From Lama guanicoe (taxonomy: Eukaryota), in NCBI GenBank assembly GCA_013239625.1, contig MU053652.1, forward strand, positions 4,329,902 to 4,393,901: a stretch of DNA of 64,000 bases, written 5' to 3'. Below are positions 1 through 14,818 of this stretch, piece after piece; positions within the stretch are counted from its first letter, which is position 1; the number at the start of each line of letters is the position of its first letter. The notes below the pieces were generated by a model, which ran no database searches, had not been told where the DNA came from, and saw only the letters and a program-made list of their open reading frames with translations. Made by a program: the position numbers and the translations under genes.

Positions 1-1264
1 TCTATCATGTTGCTTGTCATGTTATAAATAGAACCTAGAGGATGAAGTTAGTTCACAGTTGCTAAGAAAAATAGGTATTTGGCTGTAATAGCAGACACCA
101 AAGGCCTCTTAGAACCGTTTCCATTTTTTTCATTCAGTTCCCCCACATTCTCTTTAATGGTTCTATTCTCTTATTTTCTTGTCAGTATTATTCTTCTGTG
201 GTCTGTTCAAATGGACTCACTCCTAAACATTGTATTGAACTTAACATTTTTTAAAATATTGGTATTCTTGCTCTTGAACTGAGCCTGGCCTCTAATGCTT
301 TTCTCCATTTATTCACCATTTTATTAATTCAGGATCATTTTATTATTTACCTCTGCTGTATTTTTTTTTTTTTTTTACTGGTGAGCTCTTCTGGTATTTA
401 TCTTTTAGCTTTTGAGGTCTTAAGAGACAGAGTTTTTAATAATACAAATCTCAAAGAGAAACTGAAGGCAACTCTTGGTTCTGAAGCTTTATGATGTTTG
501 ATTTAATTAACAGAATTTCTTCTCTTCAGAGCAACTAGTTTTAGATGTAGGGTTTTTCCAAAATTCCATCCTAAAGTATTAGTCAGTAGTTAGAATGTAT
601 AATCAAGCCCTTCCATTTGTAACCATCATGCCTTCCTGAAATGTCATTTAGGAGGCCAAGCAATTGTGTAATCAATTTACATCAAGAGCTTCAAAGATTG
701 ATATGTGTGTGTTTGTGGGTGTGGGTGTGGGTATGTGATTGCCATGAATTTACTCGAATCATTTCTTTTTTTCTTCCTTCATTTTAATTCAGTTCAATGA
801 AATTCAGACTAATTAATAAGTATATATTATTATTACCTGATACTGCAGACATAGGGGGACCATGGCTATTTGGAGGTCCACTTGTCAGCATTTAGATCAC
901 TGTGGCATTACATTCCACACACCCCACTCCTGTGCCTTCTAAACCCCATGGCAGTTAAGATATTTCTAACCTATTGCCTGCAAAAACATTCTTTATCCAT
1001 AGTGTTGCATTACACTTTACTTTGGGAAAAGTATACATCACAAAAACAGTTTGCAAAGAGAAACAATGGTGAGTTTTAGTCTGACTTTTTGTTTTCTTTC
1101 TTTTGTAGCAAATTACCATATTTACAGTAGTATCACTTTATGTGGGATGGTATATTTGCTAGGGTTCCAGTGCTGAAGCTGAAATACCAGCTTTTCATGT
1201 GGAAATATGCAATAGTATCACTAGCTTATTTCTGTTCCGTAAAATCAAATGTATAGATGAGTAC

Positions 1265-1700
1265 TATTTATTTTGTTTATTATTTTTTATTGAGTTATAG
1301 TTGATTTACAGTATTATTTTCAGGTGTATAACAGTGATTCAAATTTTTTATAGATTATACTCCATTTAAAGTTAGTATAAAATATTGGCTATCTTCCCTG
1401 GCTATGCAATATATCCTTGTTGCTTATTTATTTTATACATAGTTTAACGTCGTAATTTCCTATCTTTGTCTTGCCCCATCCCCTCCCTTCCTCCCCAGTG
1501 GTAACCACTAGTTTGTTCTCTGTATCTATGAGTCTGTTTTGTTATATTCATTCGTTTCATTTTTTAGATTCCTCATGTAAGTGATAACACATAGTATTTT
1601 TCTTTCTCTGTCTGACTTATTTCACTAAGCATAATACCTTCTCCAGGTCCATCCATGGTTGTTGCGAATGACAAAATTTCATTTTTTTAATGTCTGAGAT
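1265..1700 (-). mobile_element. L1 3'-end fragment
   Basis: T-rich tail then L1 3'UTR-type text (ggtaaccactagtttgttctctgtatctatgagtctg; ctgacttatttcactaagcataata). Confidence 0.75.
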
Positions 1701-1779
1701 GATGAGTATTGAAGACAATTCTATTGATAAGTTACATTAATGTGGAAGTGGAATCTAAGAAACATAGTTTCTAAAACAT

Positions 1780-1950
1780 ATCTATCTTTGAACAAGTCTA
1801 TAAGTTCTCTGTACCTCAGCTTCCTAGTTGAGAAAGTAAAAATAATAATAATAGTTACCTATAGAGTTTTCGTGGGGATTAAATGAATTAAGAGTGTTCA
1901 AACGGTGTCTGGCACTTAAAAAGCACTTTTAACAGCTAGGTGTTATTATT
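1780..1950 (+). mobile_element. MIR SINE
   Basis: MIR core-like ctctgtacctcagcttcct...gggattaaatga...gtgtctggcac. Confidence 0.6.
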
Positions 1951-2003
1951 ATCCTTCTCATTATTACATCTGTAAAGTGATGATAATAATGGTTTAAATG
2001 TAA

Positions 2004-2228
<225 letters not shown>

Positions 2229-4568
2229 TAGTCACTTACAGTAACTGCCCTTCTGGGATATGAGTGTTTTCAGATCTTTGCAGAGTGAATGGAAGGTGTA
2301 TGGTAAGAAAGCAGCACTGTCCCCTCCTTGTTGCCAAGTACCAAATTAAGGTATTAGTTTTAATATTCAGAGTAGAATGTAGTTAGGTTTAAGAGGAAAG
2401 CAGCCTTTATTATATAGATCCATGATTTACATATTAAAATTCAAGTAACAAAAAGCCATTGGTCTCTGTTTCCTTATTTTAAAAATATTAAGTTGTATAT
2501 TTCTAATAATGTTTATTGGGTCTTTGAGACAATTTCAGATCAGAATATTATCTTTGTATCTGAGATAATTTGCTTAAACATGGTATGTATAGGAATGTAT
2601 ACATTGGAGTTCAGGTTTTTAGATTAATAGAATAAGAAGTAATGTCTTTTTATATACTTGTGCATTTCTTTCTTAAACTTTAAAAGTATTAGTGCCTAGT
2701 ACTACATTCCTGTGTCTTGTTAGATAGGGGTATATGAGTACATGGAATAAGACAAGTTTTTAAAATAAGAAAGCACTATCTCAAGCAGGAATATTAAATA
2801 GGTCTTTGGAAGTGGGAGTGACTTCGTCTCTTTCTCCCTGGTGGTTTTCCTTCCATGAGGACGTGTTAGTATGGAAACTCTGTGTATACTGGTTTTACGC
2901 TGGTGCACTATTATTTAGAAGGTGGTAGCATGACACTAGGTTGATATGACTGAATGAAAGAAAGAAATGGAAAGCACATCCTTCAAGGAGACATTTTTGG
3001 CATTGTACCATTAGTGTATTTCTGCTATCATTTTTGCCTCAGAAGATAAAACTGAGGAAAGTTAGGATGCTAATAGTTGTTTTGCTAGTCATTGTCTTTG
3101 TCTCCATGTCTACTGATGCTGTACCTCGATAATGGTAATTTTGATTCTCATTTTACCAAGTTGTGTGAAGAATAGTCAGTATTAAAAAATTTAAGTCTCA
3201 CTTTTGTTGAAAGTTTATAAATATTAAATATGAATGGAGCACAGTCTAGCATACATTTCAAACTTAAAACAGTGGTGACTTCTGGGAACTGAGATTGGGG
3301 CAAGGAACAAGCTAATGTACCAGGATTATATTATCTTCTCTACTGATCCAGTGTCAGGACCAGTCCTCTGCCACTTAAGAGTGTTTCTGGAATCAGGGTC
3401 AAATATATTACTGTTCATACATTCATACAGTGGTTTGAAATCATGCTATATTTTAGTTTGCTTTATGCCTTGACCATGACCTTATTATATAGCTTTTTTC
3501 CCTATAGTTTTTTTAAGTATTTAAAAAAAATACTTGATATATAGAAAAGAATAAATTTGAACATTTATTTAACTTTAAAACAGTGATAAAATGAATATTT
3601 TTGAATTTACCGGCAATCAATCTAAGAATAATCTAATGGATACTTTGTGTCTTTGTGTTTTCCCAGCCCTGCTTTTATAGCTGTTTCCACCCTGAAGATT
3701 CTAAATGTCCTTGTTTTTTATTATTCACAAAAGATCAGTATACCTTCACTAAATTTATCCAACCTCTCAACCGTACTCTCCTAAATAGAAACCCTGGAGG
3801 CCTCCCTCCTTGAACCTTCTAATTTATTATCACTTGCTCTTTTGATCTGCTCCCCAGCTGTCATCCTGGGGCTGCTTTTTACTGTGCTTCTGGATTAGAT
3901 TAACTCTTTTTTGGAACCTTCTCAAATACCTTCCTCAGAAGGACATGTGGGAAATAAATATTGAGTTTTTGCATGCATTCTGGAGAAATTTTTTTATTTC
4001 ATTCTTGATCGATGGTTTAGCTAAGTATAAAGCTCTAGATTCAATATTTTCCTTCAGAATTTCCAAGGCCTTGCTTTCTTGTATACTGACATGCATCATT
4101 GCTAATGAGAAGATGGATGAACTGATTTTTGCTCCTTTCAAAGTTACTTTCTCCTCTCCTCCCCAGGAGCTTTAAGAATCTCTGTTTAACTTTGGTATTC
4201 TGAAATATCATGATGATGTGTTAGGTATGGGTCCTTTATACTTGTTGGAGCCTTTCATTTTAGATAGTAGAATATCAGAAAAAAGATAGAGAAGATTTTC
4301 ACAGACTGAATAGAGCAGGGAGCACATGGCATTCTATTTGGAGGGACTAGTATGGAAGAAAACATAGATTTTAGAAGTCGTGTGACCATGATTGAGGTAC
4401 AAAAGGCTGACGTGCTTGATGTATAGGGAAATTGTCAGAAATAGGACTAGGAAGATGATGGATATTGTCTCATTGAAGGCCATGACTATCAGGTTGTTAT
4501 GCATTTAAAGTACATATTCAGAAACAGACTATAATTGCATTCCTCTTACTTGGATTATAGCTTAATGA

Positions 4569-4778
<210 letters not shown>

Positions 4779-5008
4779 TGAGTAATTATTAAAGGCAGTA
4801 GCCCTGGGTTCACATATAGTCTGGTGTTAAGTCACCTTTTATTACTCATCTCTCCTTTGTGATTCTTCGTGACTCTGTAAATATATACACTGCATCCTCA
4901 AGATGCTTTGCTATTCTCATCTGACCTAGAGTGGCACATTGGATGCAGAGGGAGAGGTTGTGATGATGGAGAATAGTAATTTTTCACAATACAAAAGGTA
5001 AGGCTCTT

Positions 5009-5148
5009 GGGGGAGGGTATAGCTTAGTGGTAGAGTACGTGCTTAGCATGCACAAAGTCCTGGGTTCAATCCCCAGTATCTGCACTAAAAAAAAAAAAAT
5101 AATAATCTTAAAGTACATAAATAAACCTAATTACCTCCCCCCCAAAGA
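5009..5148 (+). mobile_element. tRNA-Ala-derived SINE (camelid Vic-1-like)
   Basis: GGGGAGGGTATAGCTTAGTGGTAGAG...GGTTCAATCCCCAGT with A/B boxes, A-rich linker, aataaacctaattacctcccc tail; degenerate 16-bp TSD 4993-5008 / 5149-5164 (13/16). Confidence 0.8.
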
Positions 5149-5353
5149 AAAAAGTTAGTCTCTTAAAAATAACAGATGAACTTTGAAGTATCAGGTGTGA
5201 TTTGAAGGGAATTTTATTCAAATGTTTTAGTAATTGAGAATTGAACTGACAGAGGAGTCATTTACTTATATGTTTAAAAGTATATGATTTAAGGAAAGGT
5301 TGCTGTTACAGAGATTGTGATACAGTATAGCAGATAATCACTGTGTCTCTTAG

Positions 5354-5632
<279 letters not shown>

Positions 5633-6514
5633 TGAATATTGCACATTATCTATATTCCATTGTCTCCTGTCCATCTTTTTATTTGTGGGAAATTGTAGTT
5701 TTATTTTTAATTAACGTAAGGTGGGAATTTCCTCTGTATTGAATTTTTTAAAAAAATTATATTTAGACTTCTGCTTAGAATTCTTTTCTATTTTCTTACC
5801 TGGTTAACTGGGCTGACTGGTATAGGAACCTCAAGGCACCTGTTATAGAATTTTCAAGCTGGGTTAGCTTTATTTAAATAGCTCTATTTTGGATTCTTGA
5901 TGGGAAAAGGATGATAGGGCCCCTCTCAGGAAGGGGTACAGTAGCCCTGTGATTCTCAGTCCTTTTTCTGTGATCACATAAAATATAATGTTTGTTTGAC
6001 ATAATCTCATGGAGATCTAGATTTTGTTGAAACTCAAAACATTTTTGGTAGGAAATATAATACCACCTAGTAATTATCACTCCTTTAAACAGTGCCGTAT
6101 ATAAGATAGACTGTGGTATGTTCAGGTATTTGCAGATGGCTTGTCTGGTAAAAAGTGTTCTAACCTCAGAAATAAAATTGAATAATTTCATAATTTGGAA
6201 AGAAATACTTTTAAAGGGAATTCCATTTCTGTATCCGTTTCTCTCAATTTAAAATCCAGTATACTGTTGGAGAAGTAACCTCGGGGCTAAACAGGGAATG
6301 TAAAGCCTGTCATCCTAAATAGAGTTTTGGACTTAAGACAGGAAGATAATTTGGGAGGATAATAATAAATCTGCTGGAGAAAAGGTGATTTCTTAACTAG
6401 TTCCGCTCATATTTACATATCTTTCCTATATGGCCTTAGTAATAATAAAACTGTCTTCGTACTCCATTCCTTTTCTGATTCAAATAAACCATCCTTTCTC
6501 TTTTAATTTAATAG

Positions 6515-6721
<207 letters not shown>

Positions 6722-8584
6722 TGAAAAGGAACTGAAAAGACAATAAAGCTTAATGGAATCTGCAGATTTTCTGTCACTGTATAGCTTACACTGAAGAAGT
6801 CAATACCAGTATAATGAAGAACACCAGACCTGTGTACATAGAAATCAGTCCTGCTGAGCCAGTAATTCTTCTGGGAATTCACCTTAAATAATTATGCAGA
6901 AGAAAAAAATAGCTATTTTATGTACAAAACATTAGCTATAAAAGTAAAAAACGGTGAACCTGTGTGCAACAGTATTAGAAGAATTACATAAATTATGATG
7001 CAACAACTTGATGCACCTATAATTTAGCAGTTAGAAATAATGACTTGAAATAGCAATAGTTGGTATGCTAAATTAAAAAAATGTTAAATTTTATACTCTG
7101 TATTTTTAATAGTATAGAATATGTGGCTGGATTAAAACTAACATAAAAGTGAAATATTTGCGTGAGGATGCAGAGAATAACATGACTCCTCCCACACCAC
7201 GTGCATATTTTTCTTTACATTATTTATACTCATTTTATGATTTAACGGAAAATATAGAAATACTCTATTCGCTTATAAGAAAATATACTAGAAATATTAT
7301 GAAGTAGTCCATTAGAAAACTCTTCAACCTTGTTCTTTGCTTAGTCTCTTCAAATTTTATAGCATTTATGTAATCCTTTTGGTTGGTTGCTTGAACATCC
7401 CTGTCCTTCAGCTTAGCACCTGGAGTGTTTGTTTGTCTGTTTTCAATTGCTTACCCGACATGAATACTGTCTATTTTCTTCATTTTAATGTTAATATTAT
7501 ATGAATCATAGCATTTTGTATTTCCACAGAACCTTAGTGATGATTTGGTTCTGTGGGTTTCAATACTTTTTTTTTTAACCGAGGAATCCTATCTTCAACT
7601 ACATCTTACTTGGAAGCCTGATATGTAAACAAAAGCAGGTCTGCTCTGGTTTAAATGGCTCTGCTTGCTTGATCCCTTTCTTCCCTTTGCTAGTTCCGTG
7701 GCACCATTTCTCTTGCAGTTAATTCCTTATGCTTGTAGGTCCTTAGAGCTTTATAATTCATTATTTTATCTGAGACAGCCATTTTTTCCTCCTCATTCCT
7801 TGACTTTAATATTTCCATCTTAAAGCAAGGAGATTGAGTGAGATCAGTGATTCTCAGTAATACCAAGGGCTTTTCCCAAATACTCATGGCCCAAGATTCT
7901 TATACATGCCTTTAACCGTCTCACAATTGATAAGCCTTAGTTTACTCACAGGAGTATGATGCGATAAGAAAAATTTAGGAAACATGAAATGTAAATGATC
8001 TCTGTATTTTTTTAATGAAAAATTTCAAATATACAGCAAAGGCGAAATAACTTTATAGTGAATATCTGTATATCTACTGCCTAAATTCTACCATTAATAT
8101 TTCATTATACCTGTCTTACTATATGTATCTGTCCAACTATATAAAATTCTTTTTAAAGTTTAAAATTCTGTTTTGTGTCTAGTTATTGTGATAATGATTG
8201 ATTTTAGTAAATCTCAAACCATAAAGCTTCAGAGGATTATTCAGTAATAAAAAGCTAGATCTTATCTAGATAAACTCTTAAATTACCACCTCTTGTAGGT
8301 CACTTCCCATCCCACCACTCCAGATTTTTCCAACAGGGCAAGGTGTAGCTTGAAAAGGCAAAAAAAGAAGTGTTTCTTATAGTAAAGATAGAGAGGATGG
8401 GGTTGTATTGACATACCTAAAAGTTTGGGTGGGATACCTTCTGTAGTAAAATGTCCTTGTGATTTAGGCAATTTATCTTTTGTTCATTGGGACTGGACTT
8501 CTTAATGGCTTTTTTTATTCTTGATTTAAGTCAGTGAAACCCTTAGTGAGTTTAAAACAAATGTTATCTGATTTGAAATTTTAG

Positions 8585-8725
<141 letters not shown>

Positions 8726-9617
8726 TGATCACTTTAATTGTGTTCACTTCTGTGTCTTCTGTAAAAGTTCCATCTTTTTCTTCAATTTTGATGGCTAAAT
8801 GGGACGATAGATATGCAGTTGCCTAGCACACTGCCTGGCATATAGTAGCTATATTTAGTATCTTAGAAGCCAATTGCAGTCTGTGAATGGTTCAATAATA
8901 GTTTACCCTATTACTCTTCCTAGTGAGAGCTGTTCCACTTGTTCAGGTGGAATGGAAGATCACAGATAAACGTTAAAGCCCCCAGAATACTTGGAGGGAA
9001 TTTGGAACTAGCCAGGAAAATAGGCAAATTTTTTTGCTTGAATAATTATGTATTAACTCCTGGCAACTCTTAGTTATTTGGCATTTCCTTTGTCCACACT
9101 TATGGTTATATTCCTGTGCAGTTTCATCCCAGAGGTGACTATACTAGAGTAGAAGAATCATAGTCCTGTGGTTTTCCTGACAATCAGTGAGTAACATTTT
9201 ACGTCATAAGGTTGCAGTCATCACCATTCCACGTCACTTAACATTAGCATAATTTCAGGTGGTTTTCATGTTGCTGGATCATGCTTGGAGCCCTGAAATA
9301 CTAGTTTTGATGCTTTGTCAGCTGTACTGAACTAACCTAATTTTGGGGGGAGTACCCAGTCATTTTGTGTATTTGGGGGCATCATCTGATCTAGAAAGTG
9401 TTAATAAAATTATAACTTTTTTTTTATATTAAGTAAAGTATGTTAGTTGACCTGACTACAAAGGGTTGGAGATTCTGAGAAAGCAAATTTAGTGAGATCT
9501 CCAGATCACGGGCAGATGACTTGGGCTCAGATTTCACTTCTCTCACTGGCTCTGTGGCCTTGAACAAGCTACTTCTTGTTCTTCTCCAGACCTCAGTTTA
9601 CAAATTTACATCAATTA

Positions 9618-9872
9618 TCAGTGTTGTCTAAGAGGTGTTCTGTGGAACACTAGTCTCATGAGATGTTCTTTGCCAAAAAATTAAATAAATAATTATGTCA
9701 ATTAAAATTGCAAAATGACTTAAATAGTGTATTAAAGGCTCTGTGAAGTCCTTTACAGCAAGAGAATTACTTAATTTTATCTTACTCAGCATTGTCTGTT
9801 ATTTGACTGCAGAAGTCTTATTTAGACTAATACCCAGTCACATTCCACTGATGGATGTGTCCTGGGAAATTT
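9618..9872. mobile_element. Ancient hAT-Charlie DNA transposon remnant (Charlie4-like)
   Basis: Recalled motifs tgttctgtggaacactagt...attaaaggctctg.gaagtcct. Confidence 0.35.
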
Positions 9873-10419
9873 CAGGACTTCTCTGAGTATTCTGCTTAGT
9901 CTTCTTTTTTTTCTTTTCCTTTGCTTGGATATGGTATTGTGATGGGCGCTTCAAAACAGCTTCTTCAGCGATTTTTTAAGGAATTTAATCTATACTGCTG
10001 GTGTTGATGTGGACAAGTAGTGGAAATAATAGAAATGTAAAGCCAGTGTGTATATAAAGGTTTTACATTGTATCTCAATTTTTAGTGTTTATTTATCAGT
10101 TATTATCAGGACCAGGAAAAGACACTCATGTAGTATGTTTTGTTTTTTTCCATAATACTCATTTTGTGGGGGTAGATGATAATCTTGATATACTCTTGGG
10201 GACCAAATGAGTTTATTTCAAATATTAAACTAGTGTTACTTAGATTTAGTGAAATTTGAAAAATGAGAATATTCTCCCCTGGCGCTGAGGGGTAACTAAT
10301 TAAATTTACAAACAAGGGGCTGGATTTATTTTAACTAACAGGATTTTTTGTTTTGTTTGTTTTGGAATTCTATTCTGTTTTCCTTTTAATGGATCCATAA
10401 TCCACCTCTTCTTCTCTAG

Positions 10420-10512
<93 letters not shown>

Positions 10513-11999
10513 TGAGTGTCTAATAAGTCTTTTGCTGGGAACTCTTAATATCAGAGAAAGGAAAATTACACCATTTTTCTCATATGGTATATGTTTGGAA
10601 ACTTTTAGAACTTCTTACTTCTATAATGCTGTCTAGTTTTCTGACTTCTACAGTCTAGTCCGGAGTAGCATGCATTGCTGATGTCTGTGTTTTAACCACA
10701 TTTCCTAGAATTAAAATTATTTTGTTCTTGATGCTAGGAAAAGAATGCCAATTTATTTTTTCAACCAAGGCTTCCTTGTGAAAGTTGGTATAATCAAAAA
10801 TTTGTTAGACTGTTAAATTGTTGGCACTTGGTTAAAAGCAACTGAATAGGCACTATTTGGCTCTCACTTGCTTTTGTGACCTTGGGTAAGTTATCCTTGC
10901 AAATATTAAATTATATTCTCCTTTTTTTCTGTCTTAGAGAATTATTTGTGAGTTTCAGAGAGGCAAGGCATAGACATCATTTCATGTAAAAGAATAGCAA
11001 GCTCTAAAGGGCAATTATTATTTTTGTTATTGACACTGGAAATTCTATCTATGGTTTCAACATGAATCCCTAAAAACAGAATTTATTTTGTGGGCTGTGA
11101 GTCTATAAATTGATGCTAATATCTGACAAGTTTTCCTGTATAGTAATCAGATACCTACAGTTGAGCTCTCTATCCAGGGCCTTGGTTGGAGAGATGGTGA
11201 AGGCATGCATTTATAAAACATATAATGCTTACTTCTTAGCTGATTTTCAGAGTCTAGTCAGTGAAGTCATGTATTGACTAAATCCAGTTAATATTTAAGG
11301 GGTTAGAGTAGATTTGTGTTTCTCTATTAAGAAGTTCTGGTCCTGAATTACATACATACTGCATTGTTCTTAAATCCATTTTGGTGTCTTTTGGAACCTT
11401 CCGTAACAGTCTGAAGATATTACAATCACTAATAATGTAACTGATATGTGTTGACATGAGAAAGGATGGGTAGAGAGTCTCAATAATTACTTTAGTGCCC
11501 TCAGGAAACAAAGTAGAAATGAGAGAAGATTTTATTTTGTTTTTTGTTTATCCACATTTTCAAGCCAACTTCATTATTAACAGGTTTTAGTGTTTAAAGG
11601 ACTTGATAGACTTAGTTTATCAGCAGGGAGTGCTCTTGTGCTAATCCAAGATTTATTTACATTTTAAACATCTTTCATTTCTGGATTATGTTCTGCCACT
11701 TTAGGGGCATCCTCCACTATGCTTAGAGAATTTCAGCCAATATTCTTGGGGAGTGAAAGAGAGAGGGGGAGAGGGAAAAGTAAGTTCGTGGAGCTGTGGA
11801 AATTTCATGGAGTTATTTGGATAATTTTAATTTTCTCTCATGTCCCAAGTTAGGGCACTTTACCTATTCCTGCAGTTTGTGTTCTTGTTTTAGTTAGTAA
11901 GCTGGCTCATCCATGCTTACTTGTTCTCAATGGTTCCACTATCCAGCTATAAGAAATTTTTTAGAGAATAACAACTAATAACAAGTAGTCTTTGAGAAT

Positions 12000-12085
12000 C
12001 ATTCATTCATTTAGCAGTATTTATTGAGTGCCCACTATGTGCCAGGCACTGTTCTAGGTGCTGCAGATATAGGAATAAATAAAAT
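12000..12085 (-). mobile_element. L2 3' end
   Basis: attcattcatt...tatttattgagtgcccactatgtgccaggcactgttctaggtgctg. Confidence 0.7.
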
Positions 12086-12427
12086 GGATTCTTTAAAAGA
12101 AGACATTCATCCATAGTAAATGCCTGCCTCTCCAGTTTGAAGTACCTTATTTTTTGATAGCACAATGTGTCTTTCGACACCTCACTGGCATTTAGAAGAT
12201 TAAGAAGCAGTATGCTTCTCAACCAAAACAATATCTTCCATTTCTGTCTTTTCCGCCCTTTTGAGGATTTTTAAAACTTCCATATTAAGTGTTAAGCACT
12301 TTTATCCAAATAATTATTTATTTAGAAAGAAACCCTTTAGCAATGATTTATGTCATTGCAGCCTGTTATTTGGCCAGAAGCTAACCTCTGAAGTTAGTAA
12401 TTGTGAGTACTTGCCTTCTAAACTCAG

Positions 12428-12567
12428 GGAGAACAATCCAACACTTGTGGAGGTCCTAGAAGGTGTTGTCCGTCTCCCAGAGACTGTACATACAGCTGTG
12501 CGATACACCAGCATTGAATTGGTTGGAGAGATGAGCGAAGTGGTTGATCGAAATCCTCAGTTCCTTG
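12428..12567 (+). CDS. TNPO3: Transportin-3 exon 11 (canonical acceptor)
   Basis: actcag|GGAGAAC...CTTG|gtatgt; 140 nt; [46 protein letters not shown]. Confidence 0.95.
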
Positions 12568-14500
12568 GTATGTGTGAACACTCCCCTCTGCAGATGCTGC
12601 TTCTGATTTTTCTGATTTCCTTCTTCCTCTCTCTCAACTTTTGCTGTTGTTTTCCTACTTTCTCTTTTATTGATAGAATGTTTTGAGACACTGAGAGTAA
12701 ATGTTATGAGTTACTGCTTAGTTGATACAACATTTTATAATCTGATCAGACTTTGGAGAAAGGACCTTTGAAAGATTAGATCTCTAGATAGGGAAATAGT
12801 TTGCTGCTAGTGCTCAGCTTCAGCATGAGTATTTCTGTCTTTGTTAGGTTTTGGCATATGCTTGAGTAAATCAGACTCTCCTGTAGTTCTAACCTAGAAG
12901 CTGCTTATAGGCTAAAGCAAAGGAGGGGGGTTTTCAGTGTTTAATATACACTCCATTTAAAAACTAGGAATTATTTGAAACTAAATACAAATTAAAATGA
13001 AGAATGTTGAGTTATATAACCTCTGGCTGCCCTTACTGACATGAAAAAATAAGTAAAGATCATATAAAATAACTTTAGGATTGAAAATAAAGTTAGAAAT
13101 AATTTCTTTTAACCCCCTCATTTTGCAGTTAAGACAGCTGAAATCAGAGACACTAATTTATCCAGGTTAATATATATTAAGCCCCATTGATATTTAAGAG
13201 TACTGTATATTCTGGAAATTTTAAGAATCTCCAGAATTGTGAATATCATTTTGATGTGCTGTGCTTATCTTAATACCATCTTTTGACTTGCTTTTATTTT
13301 ACACATGATCTTTTTTATTGATTGAACTGTGTGTTCCTGTTTTCTGTATACAGAGCATATGATAGATATGCTTACATCATAGATGAGCCATTTTCAAGTT
13401 TAACATACCATTTAAATTTTTTTCAAAATACCTATTTTCTAATTCTTAAGTTTCTTCACTTCCATTATGTACTTCAACATACGGCTTTCTTTCCTGAACA
13501 ATTTTTTCCACAACGAAACAAAGTGGGTTTATCTATTAAGACATATCATTCAGTACCACCTTGCAGTATCTCATTCAAATTTGTGTCTCAGCTAGAAGAC
13601 AAATTGCTGCATGTTCATGCTTACTCTAGAATAGTGAAAACCGTAAATCCTCAATGTGAGAATCACTGAAACCTACAGTATTAGAGTTGCTAGATTCTAG
13701 TTCTTCTGATTCCCTTGTTAAACAGGCTTTTTGTGTGTGTGTGTGGAGGGGAGCAGGGGGTTCATGCTGGATTGGTGCATTATTTTGGTCATTAGACTAG
13801 AAATGGAAATAACTTTTAAATGGGCTTTCCGAGATGATTTCTTATATGGTTTGGTATGAATTTACTTTAGAGTACTCTTAAAGTACTCTTTAAACATGTA
13901 TGACTTTCTTTAGGGTTTTTCCATAGAAAAACATTCTGATTTTTATAGAGCAAGGTAAAGTATAGCTAGGATTTGCTTTATAGCAATTTGCGTTTATAAT
14001 CAGTTTTCTTGGAACACTTACATTTGGTAAAAAGTGAAACATAATAAATTCTTCCACAAGTGCTAAAAATCCATCTGTGTGGTTTTTGGGCCTTTTGTAA
14101 TTATGAAGAAGCAACTACAAAAGTGTTAGCTTAAAAAAAAAAGTGTTAGCTTAACAGAACTGTCATTGTCCTGATATTAGGCTGTTTTCACAGAGTGATT
14201 CATCTCTGAGTATAATAGTAACTCCCTGAGCTTTACCTTTTTTCTTATATAAATGTATTCTTAATTCTTGGATGGTCATATCCACAGTGACTTCAGACTG
14301 GGTCAGTGGTTTTCAAACTGTGCTCTGTGAAGCCCTAGCAACAAGCAACAGCTGACTTCCACGTGGAAAGAAATGGAAGATGAATAGATAAGACTCAGGC
14401 CTCACTGACACTATTTGTCAGTGAGATCAGCTCCATTTTTATGTGTTATACATGGGGTTTAAACACATTTCATTTTTTAAAAGATGGTTCTTTTGCTTAA

Positions 14501-14818
<318 letters not shown>

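Noticed and set aside
5012..5086. tRNA-Ala(AGC) gene
   Set aside because: Stem mismatches, A-rich tail instead of a T-run terminator, and a TSD indicate a SINE; same for 55440-55519
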